The notes under the pieces were generated by a model, which was given only the letters and a program-made list of their open reading frames with translations, was not told where the DNA came from and searched no databases. 39,269 bases of DNA from a virus (lineage: Duplodnaviria > Caudoviricetes), in the IMG/VR virus record IMGVR_UViG_3300011442_000017, positions 1 to 39,269 of that record; one strand, given 5' to 3'. A program made the position numbers and the translations under genes. Below are positions 1 through 7,446 of the stretch, one piece after another. The stretch's first letter is position 1. The number at the start of each line of letters is the position of its first letter.

Positions 1-363
1 CTTGTCCTCGGGAACGATGGCGGGCTTGCCCGTCTTCGCGTCCGGGTAGAGGTACACCGCGCCCGGCCGCTGTTCGGACCGGACGTTCACGAAGATGGCC
101 CCTTCGGGGTACCCCTTCGCTTCGGCGTCGATGCGGAACGGCGTCTTCAGCGCGCCGCTCTTCAACTTCGCCACCGCGCCTGCACCCCACTTCTCGGTGG
201 CCGCTTCCACGACCGCCGCCTGCATGGCGCTCAGGTCGGTCCCGCTCAGGAACACGAGCGAGCCGCTGTACTTCGGATTGCCGATCCCGTTCATCGGAGC
301 CTGGGGCTCGTCGAGGTGCGGGTACGACAGGACTGCGTTCGGCGTAATCAGTTTCTTTGCCAT
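1..363 (-). CDS. DUF2815-family / T7 gp2.5-like ssDNA-binding protein (partial, runs off window)
   Basis: Manually translated, not in ORF track: MAKKLITPNAVLSYPHLDEPQAPMNGIGNPKYSGSLVF...LKTPFRIDAEAKGYPEGAIFVNVRSEQRPG. LSYPHL..P...KYS and PFR.....GY...F.N.RS..RP are typical of the family. TAATG overlap with the DUF2800 gene; usual synteny. Confidence 0.85.
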   Translation of the reverse strand, partial: MAKKLITPNAVLSYPHLDEPQAPMNGIGNPKYSGSLVFLSGTDLSAMQAAVVEAATEKWGAGAVAKLKSGALKTPFRIDAEAKGYPEGAIFVNVRSEQRPGAVYLYPDAKTGKPAIVPEDK

Positions 364-1640
364 TAGCGTTGCTCCTCCTCAGAGGTTGTTGGCGGTAGTT
401 GAGCGAAGTCCTCGGCCGGGCCGACCGCCGCAGCAGGTCGAGGATCGTCTTCAGGGACCAACGTCAGCCCGCTCGACACGCGGGCGTATAGCTCCTCGGG
501 CAAATTGCGCTTCCCGATGATAGCCTCCAACTGCGCGGGCGACTTCAACTCGGGCTCGATCATCAGGTCCTTCGGCTTGAGCCCGACGGCCTTCGCCCAG
601 GTCTTCAATTCCTTGGGGTCTGCCCACATGCGCCGCGCGCGCTTGTTCACCATCTTCCAGCCGGGCACCTCGCGCCCTGCCTCCAACTCGTGGGTCACGC
701 GCTCGTAGAGCGAGCGCACGAAGATTTCGAGAATCTTGACGCTGCCCAGCATCTTCGCGACCTGCTCGATGGGCATGTGCTCGACATCGGGCGGTGCCTC
801 CATCGGCACCGACTCGAAGTCGGTCTGTGCGATCAACTGCGCGTGGGCCGCCAACTCCGGGCAGTGGCCTCTCGCGGGGCAGAATTGACACCACGAGCCC
901 GCTTCGAGCGGCGCGTTCGGGTCCTGGGTGGCGCGGGCTCTTTCCATCAGCTTCACCGCGTAGGCCTCGATGTCCGCGCCGGTGAATTCGAGTGACGTCC
1001 TGACCGGCCCATCGGTGTGCGGGGCTCGCGGCTGCACGATGGTGATGCGGACCCGCTTGAAGAGGCGACAGGCCGCGTGCAGGACCGTCTCGTCTTCCTC
1101 GCACACGACCGCGCTCTTCGGGTCCATGACGCGCCGGGTGAATTCCGCCAGGATGGCCCCGAGGGCGTAGTAGAGTAGCTGCACGTTGTCGAGCACTTCC
1201 ACGACGATGCCGCTCCCGTACTTCAGGTCGATGATGTCGATGTCCTCGTCGGCGACGATGACCGCGTCCGCCGTACCGAACATCGGTTCGGGCGGGCCGA
1301 TGATGCCCAGGTCGAAGGTCCGCTCGATGAACAGTGTGCCGCCGAGCCGCTCGTGCAGCGCGCGTACCGTCTCCACGTAGAGCCGGATTGCCTCGCGCAT
1401 GACTTCATCGACGGGCCAACTTTTCGTGCCTTCCTCCGCTTCAACATCGACGTTGATGACCTGCTCCCACAGCGTCGGGTGTCGCAGCGCGTATTCGCCG
1501 AGCGCATGCGCGGCGCGACCCTCAAGCTGGTAGAAGGTCTCGACGTCCTTGATGCCCTTGGACATCCGAATCGTGCCCGCGCAATTCATCCAGCGATGTG
1601 CGCTCGAAGCGGAGAGTCGGGCGTGAATGGTCGGTGGCAT
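363..1640 (-). CDS. DUF2800-family PD-(D/E)xK (Cas4-like) exonuclease
   Basis: HARLSASSAHRWMNC N-terminus, FGTADAV..IIDLKYG, QLLYYALG, IVQPR, CQFCPARGHCP, GWKMV motifs. Confidence 0.9.
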   Translation of the reverse strand: MPPTIHARLSASSAHRWMNCAGTIRMSKGIKDVETFYQLEGRAAHALGEYALRHPTLWEQVINVDVEAEEGTKSWPVDEVMREAIRLYVETVRALHERLGGTLFIERTFDLGIIGPPEPMFGTADAVIVADEDIDIIDLKYGSGIVVEVLDNVQLLYYALGAILAEFTRRVMDPKSAVVCEEDETVLHAACRLFKRVRITIVQPRAPHTDGPVRTSLEFTGADIEAYAVKLMERARATQDPNAPLEAGSWCQFCPARGHCPELAAHAQLIAQTDFESVPMEAPPDVEHMPIEQVAKMLGSVKILEIFVRSLYERVTHELEAGREVPGWKMVNKRARRMWADPKELKTWAKAVGLKPKDLMIEPELKSPAQLEAIIGKRNLPEELYARVSSGLTLVPEDDPRPAAAVGPAEDFAQLPPTTSEEEQR

Positions 1641-1678
1641 TATTCGTCACTTCTCCCGTTCTTGACGTTAAGCGTCAT
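1640..1678 (-). CDS. possible 12-aa translationally coupled minigene (MTLNVKNGRSDE)
   Basis: ATGA overlap with the upstream nuclease stop (1675-1678) and TAATG overlap with the DUF2800 start. Confidence 0.3.
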   Translation of the reverse strand: MTLNVKNGRSDE

Positions 1679-2106
1679 AGACCCTGCTTCCGCATCCAGC
1701 GGTAGACCCGGAGCACCTGCTCGCCGTTGGCATTCGACTTGACCGCGTTCGCCATCATCGAGATAACCGCGATGTTGCCCACCACATAGCCCAACTTCGG
1801 CCGCATCCGGTCGAGCGACGGCGCATCCCGACCGCGCCCCCACGGCGTCCCGAAGACGGGACAGTGCGGCCCGAGTACGGCCTGCACGTCGGCCACTGAG
1901 ATACCAAACGGCACCCTTGCGACGCGCGCCCGTTCCTGCGCGTTCCGCCACAGGCGATAGGCGAGGTTCTTCTGCAGCGCGTTCCGTCGCCTCGTGACGC
2001 GCGCCTTCTGGCAGTGCTTGCAGACCCGACTGCCCCGCGAGTCGCGGTACCAGGAGTCGTTCCCACAGCGCGCGCACGGCCCGGTTTTTCGCTTAACCCG
2101 TAACAC
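1675..2106 (-). CDS. HNH-like / His-Cys endonuclease
   Basis: CARC..CKHC Zn motifs, then CPVFG...PSLDRMRPKLGYVVGNIAVISMMANAVK, a common phage HNH-like signature. Start taken at GTG 2106, overlapping the helicase end. Confidence 0.75.
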   Translation of the reverse strand: MLRVKRKTGPCARCGNDSWYRDSRGSRVCKHCQKARVTRRRNALQKNLAYRLWRNAQERARVARVPFGISVADVQAVLGPHCPVFGTPWGRGRDAPSLDRMRPKLGYVVGNIAVISMMANAVKSNANGEQVLRVYRWMRKQGL

Positions 2107-3355
2107 TCGCCACCATGTCCATCTCGCGATGATGATTGCGGACGATGGAGGTGTCGAGCGTACCAGCGAGTGAGAGCATGCGGACCTGCACGGGCATCGT
2201 CTGCCCCATCCGCGCGAGTCGGCGAGCGGCCTGAACGTTGAAGTCGGTTTTCCAGTCGGGCTCGACCATGATGGCGTCGTGCGCGACGTACTGAAGCCCG
2301 TCCATGCCCACGGCACAGGCGTCGATCTGGCCGAGGAAGACGCGCACGCCCTCTATCTCGGCGAAGCGGCGCTTCATCAACTCGCGTCGAATCTCGGGCG
2401 TCGAGCCGTCGATGCGCGCGACGCCGAAGTCCTTGCCCAGGTCCGCTTCGAGCCGATCTAACACCGAGCGGTGGTAGGCGAAGACGACCTTCTTGCCGGG
2501 CGCGTTCGCCAATTCCTCGCGGATCATCTCGGCGGCGACGCCAGCCTTCAGGTCGCCGACCTGATGCCGGTAGCGCGCCAACTGCGGCGACATCGGCGGT
2601 AGCTCCCCGGCTTCGAGCGCGGCCCGCGTGACGGGGTCCAGGTCGGCCTCGGCGAGCAGGATGTCCGCGACCGACGGAGCGTCGAGAGTGGTGTGGTCCC
2701 AGCGTAGCGGCGGTAGCTCGGGAGCGACGTCCTTGACGAGACGGCGCACCATCACGCGGCCGAGTAGCTCGCGTAGTTGATCGACATGCGCCGCACCGTA
2801 GACCTTCACGCCGTACATACCAACGCGGTAGCGACAGAAGCGGTTGAGCCATGCGATGTAGTTGTCGAGCCCGAGGTTCGCCAAGGTCTGCGGCCAGAGC
2901 GAGGACATGATGGCATACAACTCCGACGGATTGCGGGGCATCGGTGTACCAGACAGTCCCCACACGCGCCCCCCACGCGCGAGCACGGCCTTCGCGATGC
3001 CGCTGCTCCCGAAGACGGCCTTCGACCGTTTCGAGTTGCGGTGCTTGCAGAGGTGAAACTCGTCCACGAGCAGCACGTCGGCCTTGCCCATGATGGCGCG
3101 GGTTACCTCGCTCGTCGTGACCATGTTGTAGCTCTCGACGATCCCGAGGCCGAGTCCCATCGCGTGCGCCTCGGCCAGCCAGTGCGAGCGCACGATGGCC
3201 GGGCAGACAACGGCGATGCGCTCCGCGCCGAGCAGACGGACCGCTTCGAGCGCGGTCCTAGTCTTCCCGAGGCCGGGTTCGTCGCCGAGCAGCATCTTCC
3301 TGCGCTCGACGAGGGCCTGCGCGCCGCTCACCTGATAGGGCCTCAGTGGCTCCAC
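2093..3355 (-). CDS. SNF2/DEAD-like superfamily II helicase
   Basis: LRPYQ (Q motif), LGDEPGLGKT (Walker A), DEFH, LSGTP, QAARRLARMGQ. GTG at 3355 has a GAGGT SD 7 nt upstream. Confidence 0.9.
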   Translation of the reverse strand: MEPLRPYQVSGAQALVERRKMLLGDEPGLGKTRTALEAVRLLGAERIAVVCPAIVRSHWLAEAHAMGLGLGIVESYNMVTTSEVTRAIMGKADVLLVDEFHLCKHRNSKRSKAVFGSSGIAKAVLARGGRVWGLSGTPMPRNPSELYAIMSSLWPQTLANLGLDNYIAWLNRFCRYRVGMYGVKVYGAAHVDQLRELLGRVMVRRLVKDVAPELPPLRWDHTTLDAPSVADILLAEADLDPVTRAALEAGELPPMSPQLARYRHQVGDLKAGVAAEMIREELANAPGKKVVFAYHRSVLDRLEADLGKDFGVARIDGSTPEIRRELMKRRFAEIEGVRVFLGQIDACAVGMDGLQYVAHDAIMVEPDWKTDFNVQAARRLARMGQTMPVQVRMLSLAGTLDTSIVRNHHREMDMVASVTG

Positions 3356-3705
3356 TTGAGATACCTCACGACGTTCCTGATGCGTTTCTCGCCAGCGCGC
3401 TCGCACATCGAGAGCACGCGATGATTGTCCCACGCGCACAGTAGGCCACGAAACTCGCCGGTCTTGTGGTGATGGTCGATGACCCAGACCTTTGTGGTCA
3501 GGTCCGCGCCACAGATGGGGCACATGCCGTACTGCTTGTCCCACTGAATCGCGATGTCCTCCGGCGTGAGGCCGTACTCGCGCTTGATGCGGCGCGCCCA
3601 CTCGTGCCGCTTGCGGTCGCAGGGGCGGATGCCAGCCTTGCGGTTGCGCTTCACTTGGCGACGCAGGAAGGCCTGCCGCTCCTCTTCGCACCAATCACTC
3701 GCCAC
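3343..3705 (-). CDS. recombination endonuclease VII-family protein
   Basis: YGLTPED..QWDKQYGMCPICG...IDHHHKTGEFRGLLCAWDN matches the Endonuclease_7 pattern. GTG 3705 with GAGGAG SD. Confidence 0.85.
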   Translation of the reverse strand: MASDWCEEERQAFLRRQVKRNRKAGIRPCDRKRHEWARRIKREYGLTPEDIAIQWDKQYGMCPICGADLTTKVWVIDHHHKTGEFRGLLCAWDNHRVLSMCERAGEKRIRNVVRYLKWSH

Positions 3706-3871
3706 GTTCGCCCAACTCCTCGATGACACCCAGCCACTCAGCGACGGCAAGACCGGCCGCCAGGACGATCAGACTCGCCCGAGGGCTAGTGATGAAGAGC
3801 GCCCCGACGCAGGCGGCGATGCGAACGGCCGACTTGAGGTAGCTCACGCGGGCATGCGTCCAGTAGGTCAT
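3695..3871 (-). CDS. small membrane protein (58 aa)
   Basis: Manual translation MTYWTHARVSYLKSAVRIAACVGALFITSPRASLIVLAAGLAVAEWLGVIEELGERGE; two hydrophobic segments; ATGA overlap upstream. Confidence 0.65.
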   Translation of the reverse strand: MTYWTHARVSYLKSAVRIAACVGALFITSPRASLIVLAAGLAVAEWLGVIEELGERGE

Positions 3872-4005
3872 GCGGTCTCCAAGAGATTCAGGGCGTCGGC
3901 GCAGGCTTGTGCATGCGTCTTGTCACGGCACAGGAACGAGTCGCGGACCCGGAATGCGGACCGCGTGCAGTACCAGAAGTTGTTGCTCGACTCAACTCGC
4001 CACAT
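3868..4005 (-). CDS. hypothetical protein (45 aa)
   Basis: MWRVESSNNFWYC...; fills the gap and is coupled to both neighbours. Confidence 0.45.
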   Translation of the reverse strand: MWRVESSNNFWYCTRSAFRVRDSFLCRDKTHAQACADALNLLETA

Positions 4006-4678
4006 GGGCCGCTCGATACCGGACGACATAGGCATCGTAGTCCCTCGGGAAGTCGAAGTCTTCGGTCCAGTCGTCGATCTGTGTGAGCGCGCCATAGTCC
4101 CGTTGGTCATAGGTGAACGGCCGCAGCTTGCCGAAGCGCGCCTTGTACATTTCGTAGATGGACGCGCGCGGAATCTTGCCTGAGCGTTTCATAGTTGAGA
4201 CCCGGTCGATCAGCGCCAACTCGGCTGTCCAATGCTCGGGGTAGAAGGAGTGAGCCCATACCTCGGGCCACGGCTTGCCGGTGACACTGCTCTCCTTGAA
4301 CCGCGCGAAGAGATGCCATTCGCGGGGCGTGAAACCCAGGATCGTCGCGATAGCCGCGCCGGTGTAGAAGGTGTCCCCATAGAGGAAGACCGTGCGCCCC
4401 TCGGCATTCCATGCGGCCTCGGCCCACATGTACATCGAACACTCTGCGAAGTCGGGGCGTGCTATCGGCACGATTAGCTCCGCGCCGGGGATGCGGTAGC
4501 GTTCGTCGAGCGGGCCGGTCACGACGACTCGGATCGTCGGGTCCCAATCGCCCACGAGGCGCACCGTTCGCGCCAGTAGGGTCTCACCTTGCGGCGTAGG
4601 TAGCAGGTGCTTTGGGACGCCGAGGTGGTTGCCCCAGCGCGAGCCCTCACCGGCCGCCGTGATGATGACGGTGGTCAT
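3992..4678 (-). CDS. nucleotidyltransferase (NTP_transf_3 / MobA-LicC-like, GT-A fold)
   Basis: MTTVIITAAGEGSRWG...PKHLLP..GETLL, FLYGD, EDFDFPRDY. ATG 4678 overlaps the upstream stop (ATGA). Confidence 0.85.
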   Translation of the reverse strand: MTTVIITAAGEGSRWGNHLGVPKHLLPTPQGETLLARTVRLVGDWDPTIRVVVTGPLDERYRIPGAELIVPIARPDFAECSMYMWAEAAWNAEGRTVFLYGDTFYTGAAIATILGFTPREWHLFARFKESSVTGKPWPEVWAHSFYPEHWTAELALIDRVSTMKRSGKIPRASIYEMYKARFGKLRPFTYDQRDYGALTQIDDWTEDFDFPRDYDAYVVRYRAAHVAS

Positions 4679-4923
4679 CGGGGGCACCCTCGAAGCAACC
4701 ACGGCACCATGTCCACGAAGAAATGCAGGATGGCGAAGTACCAATTGCGGTCCGGGTCGAAGGTGTCGCGGTGCCACGTTTCGAGTTTCATTAGCCCGTC
4801 GCGGCCGTGCGGGCCGACGGGCAGATGGTACCGCCGCCGATGTACCCGTCCCCAGCCCTGCGGCCAGGAGTCGCTCGACACTTGGCCGGACAACTTCAGC
4901 GCACGCTTCGTTGGACGCCACAC
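4675..4923 (-). CDS. hypothetical protein (82 aa)
   Basis: GTG at 4923 overlaps the TAG of the upstream gene; ends in an ATGA overlap. Confidence 0.5.
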   Translation of the reverse strand: MWRPTKRALKLSGQVSSDSWPQGWGRVHRRRYHLPVGPHGRDGLMKLETWHRDTFDPDRNWYFAILHFFVDMVPWLLRGCPR

Positions 4924-5162
4924 TAGAGCCTCCACGCGAGCCAGCGGCCGAACATCGAGCCGACGACGGAGGGCAGGATCATCGCCCAGGTGAATTCGAC
5001 GAAGGCGCAGATGGACACGCCGATGGCGGCCGTCGTTAGGCCGTCGAGCAAGACCGACCGCGTGACGTTCCCGGCGATCCACGACTCGCGTTCCTTGATG
5101 TTCAGATAGGTCACGAAGGCGTCGAGCGCGCCGACGGCTGCGCCAATGAGGACGAGGCTCAT
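4923..5162 (-). CDS. small multi-pass membrane protein
   Basis: 79 aa, about three hydrophobic segments; ATGA coupling. Confidence 0.65.
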   Translation of the reverse strand: MSLVLIGAAVGALDAFVTYLNIKERESWIAGNVTRSVLLDGLTTAAIGVSICAFVEFTWAMILPSVVGSMFGRWLAWRL

Positions 5163-5362
5163 CGCGCCGTCCGCTTCAGCGGGAGCAGGACGCGCATGTA
5201 GTCGTGGGCGAGGAAGAGCTTCACCTCGGGGTCAGCCAGGAGGCCCTGAATCGCGCCGCGATCCGCCTCGCAGCCATCGGGCGACAGAAGCTCGTCGGCG
5301 TGCACGGCAATACAGGCGAGCTTCAGCGTGAGGCTGAATGAGACCTTCGGCTGCTTACTCAC
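5159..5362 (-). CDS. hypothetical protein (67 aa)
   Basis: Coupled ORF in the operon (TLKLACIAVHADELLSPDG). Confidence 0.6.
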   Translation of the reverse strand: MSKQPKVSFSLTLKLACIAVHADELLSPDGCEADRGAIQGLLADPEVKLFLAHDYMRVLLPLKRTAR

Positions 5363-5822
5363 GGTGGGTCGCTCCGGGGCATCCGCGAGCCCACGAGTCG
5401 GCGATGGTGAAGGTCGGGAATACGCGACGGAATTGCCCCAGGAGACGCCAGAGCGTCTGCGCTGAAACCTCGACGGGGTCGCGGTGGTTCACGCGCACCG
5501 CCGTCGAGTCAGACGCGCAGTAGGCCTCTATCTCGTGGTTCAGGAGGAGCACCGGGCTGCTGTAGACGACGCAGGAGCCGGTCGCCTCGATGGCGCGGCG
5601 CTGCTGCTCGCGGTGGACTTCCTCGTGTCGGAGGATCACGACGGCCGAGTCAGTCCCGAGGACGGTGGCGTCGATGTAGGACGACACCTTGGCATCGAGA
5701 CACTGCGTCCAGGCGATAGCGCCGACGGGGGCAAGCTGCTGGGCGGGGGAACGCGAAGGACTCGCGGCCACCAGGAGGCCAGCGAGCAGGTACAACATCG
5801 GGGCATGCAGGAGGCTTCTCAT
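5355..5822 (-). CDS. secreted protein with HExxH motif (putative zinc metallopeptidase)
   Basis: N-terminal signal-like segment LYLLAGLLVAASPSRSPA; HEEVH plus downstream HEIEAY; GAGGAAGG SD. Confidence 0.6.
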   Translation of the reverse strand: MRSLLHAPMLYLLAGLLVAASPSRSPAQQLAPVGAIAWTQCLDAKVSSYIDATVLGTDSAVVILRHEEVHREQQRRAIEATGSCVVYSSPVLLLNHEIEAYCASDSTAVRVNHRDPVEVSAQTLWRLLGQFRRVFPTFTIADSWARGCPGATHRE

Positions 5823-5863
5823 AGTGCCTTCCTCTGACTCAGCGGTGAACGGTTGTTGAGGGA

Positions 5864-5970
5864 GCGGGAGAGGGACCTTGCATCGAACGTCCCTGGAAAG
5901 GTGGCAGCTTGCTCGGGGTCTGTGCCCCTTCGTGAGCGATCAGCCGCGCTACGTCCTGCCCTCTCTCCAC
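5864..5970 (-). ncRNA. candidate structured RNA / 5' leader
   Basis: Nested helices: GTGGAGAGAGGG/CCCTCTCCCGC, GCGGCT/AGCTGC, GCTC/GAGC, GGGG-CACAGA-CCCC, AGGGAC-GTTCGATGCAAG-GTCCCT. Lies immediately downstream of a promoter-like motif. Confidence 0.4.
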
Positions 5971-5974
5971 TATC

Positions 5975-6002
5975 CTCATAGCCAATGTACGGACCTAGTC
6001 AA
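5975..6002 (-). promoter_or_regulatory. conserved phage promoter-like motif, copy A
   Basis: TTGACT-aggtccg-TACATTGGC-TATGAG; same spacing as the three other copies. Confidence 0.75.
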
Positions 6003-6261
6003 GCCCCGCGATCCGCTTCAATTCGGCAGCACGTTCGGCCTGCCACGCGGTGTCCAGGGCGCGCTCCGCTTCGAGCGCGAGGGTCAGACCCCTCGAAATT
6101 GTGCCCAGCGCGGCCGTGACGGCCGTCCAGCGTGCGATGTTCTCGGGCTTGTTCTGGGGAATCAGCTTCTCGACGACGGCCGAGCGCAGTCCCTCGTCTG
6201 CGTTCAGGAAGGCGAGCAACGCCTCCGCGTAATCCGCCTGCACTTCGATCTTGACGATCAT
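5995..6261 (-). CDS. hypothetical protein (88 aa)
   Basis: GAGG SD, ATGA overlap, helical composition. Confidence 0.65.
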   Translation of the reverse strand: MIVKIEVQADYAEALLAFLNADEGLRSAVVEKLIPQNKPENIARWTAVTAALGTISRGLTLALEAERALDTAWQAERAAELKRIAGLD

Positions 6262-6440
6262 TTCGTGTGCCTCTTCCGTGATTGTTTGGCCCCACGCACG
6301 CCGTAGGGACGTCGGGGCGTGCCCCAGATTTTCTTCGACTCCGGGTCGATGTGGCCGCCGGTGTGTCCCTGGTCCTTCAGGCAGAAGAAGTCAGAGACGC
6401 GGGTGTTGACCTGATGCCCGAGGCATTTCTTATTCGCCAT
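6258..6440 (-). CDS. small putative Zn-binding protein
   Basis: C-x8-C-x4-GHxGxH pattern (CLGHQVNTRVSDFFCLKDQGHTGGH). Confidence 0.55.
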   Translation of the reverse strand: MANKKCLGHQVNTRVSDFFCLKDQGHTGGHIDPESKKIWGTPRRPYGVRGAKQSRKRHTK

Positions 6441-6645
6441 CGGTCACGTCCATCTCTGCCGGGCCGGTCCAGGGCTTTATCTCGCCGCTCGGCTTGATAG
6501 CCTGCGCGAGACGGTCGAGCAGCGCGACGTCTTCGTCGATCTTCAGGACGCGCTGCTGCAGCGTCGCCCGCTCGTGAATCAACTCGTCCCGGTATTCGGG
6601 GAGATTGTCCCTCACCACGAGAATCGGATTGATGGGGGTCGTCAT
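6430..6645 (-). CDS. hypothetical coiled-coil protein (71 aa)
   Basis: GGAGGG SD, ATGA overlap. Confidence 0.65.
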   Translation of the reverse strand: MTTPINPILVVRDNLPEYRDELIHERATLQQRVLKIDEDVALLDRLAQAIKPSGEIKPWTGPAEMDVTDGE

Positions 6646-7082
6646 TCGCCCTCCTGGCGAGATTGTTTGAGTGCTCGACGCGCTGCTAACTGCTCCGCGC
6701 GCGGCACGTAGTCCTGAATGAATTCCGTCATGCCGACCTTGATCTTGTTCGGGCCGTAGACGTAGACAGAGGGCCGCCCGATCCAGCGGGTTGGCACACC
6801 CTTCGCGCCGTTGCGCTTCGCAGCGAGGTGCGCCCTGTAGTACTCCCAGCCGGTGTAGGAGATGCTCGGCCCGGCCGTGAGCGCCACGACCATGCCGGTC
6901 AGGAGCGCGCGGTTACTAGTCTCGCGTTCGAGGTGCACCTCGGCAGCCGTGAGCGCCCACCGACGGAGCCACGACAGCATCACCTTGCGCCTGTCGGGGA
7001 GCGGGACGGTCCACCGACGTCCCGTCAGATACCGCACGACGTAGCGCAGCCAGACCCGGAACAGCACCTTGATGCGTCTCAT
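6642..7082 (-). CDS. hypothetical protein
   Basis: MRRIKVLFRVWLRY...; ATGA coupling on both sides. Confidence 0.6.
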   Translation of the reverse strand: MRRIKVLFRVWLRYVVRYLTGRRWTVPLPDRRKVMLSWLRRWALTAAEVHLERETSNRALLTGMVVALTAGPSISYTGWEYYRAHLAAKRNGAKGVPTRWIGRPSVYVYGPNKIKVGMTEFIQDYVPRAEQLAARRALKQSRQEGE

Positions 7083-7306
7083 GACTCTGGTTCCTTCCAT
7101 ACGACGGCCATGTTGGGCTCGCCGAAGTGAGAGTGGAAAGGCACACGCACAAGCACCGACACATCGCCCACCGTCGCGTCGTCACCGTTGAACACCTCCA
7201 TGTCGCCGACATAGATGCGGCCGATGCCGGGCTTGTTCGTGTAGGCCACGACGCGGACCTTCACGCCGATCTGACCCTCGCCGCCAATCAGGTCCTGGTC
7301 GCTCAT
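7079..7306 (-). CDS. hypothetical protein (75 aa)
   Basis: MSDQDLIGGEGQIGVKVRVV...; ATGA coupling. Confidence 0.6.
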   Translation of the reverse strand: MSDQDLIGGEGQIGVKVRVVAYTNKPGIGRIYVGDMEVFNGDDATVGDVSVLVRVPFHSHFGEPNMAVVWKEPES

Positions 7307-7443
7307 GCGGTCACCCAGCGGCCGGTGACGTACTCGACTTCGTCGCCACAGTAGACGCACTCGCTGTGGTCGCCGTGGTGGTCGCCCTCGACTGCGTGCT
7401 GGAAGTTGGGCGACTCGTAGCAGACTTCGGGTAGCTCTGGCAT
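7303..7443 (-). CDS. 46-aa Cys/His-rich protein beginning MPELPEV
   Basis: Manual translation MPELPEVCYESPNFQHAVEGDHHGDHSECVYCGDEVEYVTGRWVTA; AAGGA SD at the end of rtcB; ATGA overlap downstream. Confidence 0.6.
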   Translation of the reverse strand: MPELPEVCYESPNFQHAVEGDHHGDHSECVYCGDEVEYVTGRWVTA

Positions 7444-7446
7444 AGG

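Noticed and set aside
363-1640. Cas4-like protein suggesting a CRISPR system
   Set aside because: DUF2800 is a routine phage replication/recombination nuclease; no repeat-spacer array or other cas genes were seen.
2093-3694. Longer ORF-track starts for helicase, NTP transferase (4921), RtcB (8841), PRTase (11747) and portal (18962)
   Set aside because: The extensions overlap other real genes. Internal starts have SD sequences or stop-start overlaps and coincide with family N-termini.
5880-5950. Resemblance to the SAM-II riboswitch (GCUGAU...GCAAGC) or a hammerhead core (CUGA)
   Set aside because: It lacks the conserved UUU and GCUAAA of SAM-II and the CUGAUGA/GAAA of hammerheads; kept only as an unclassified structured RNA.
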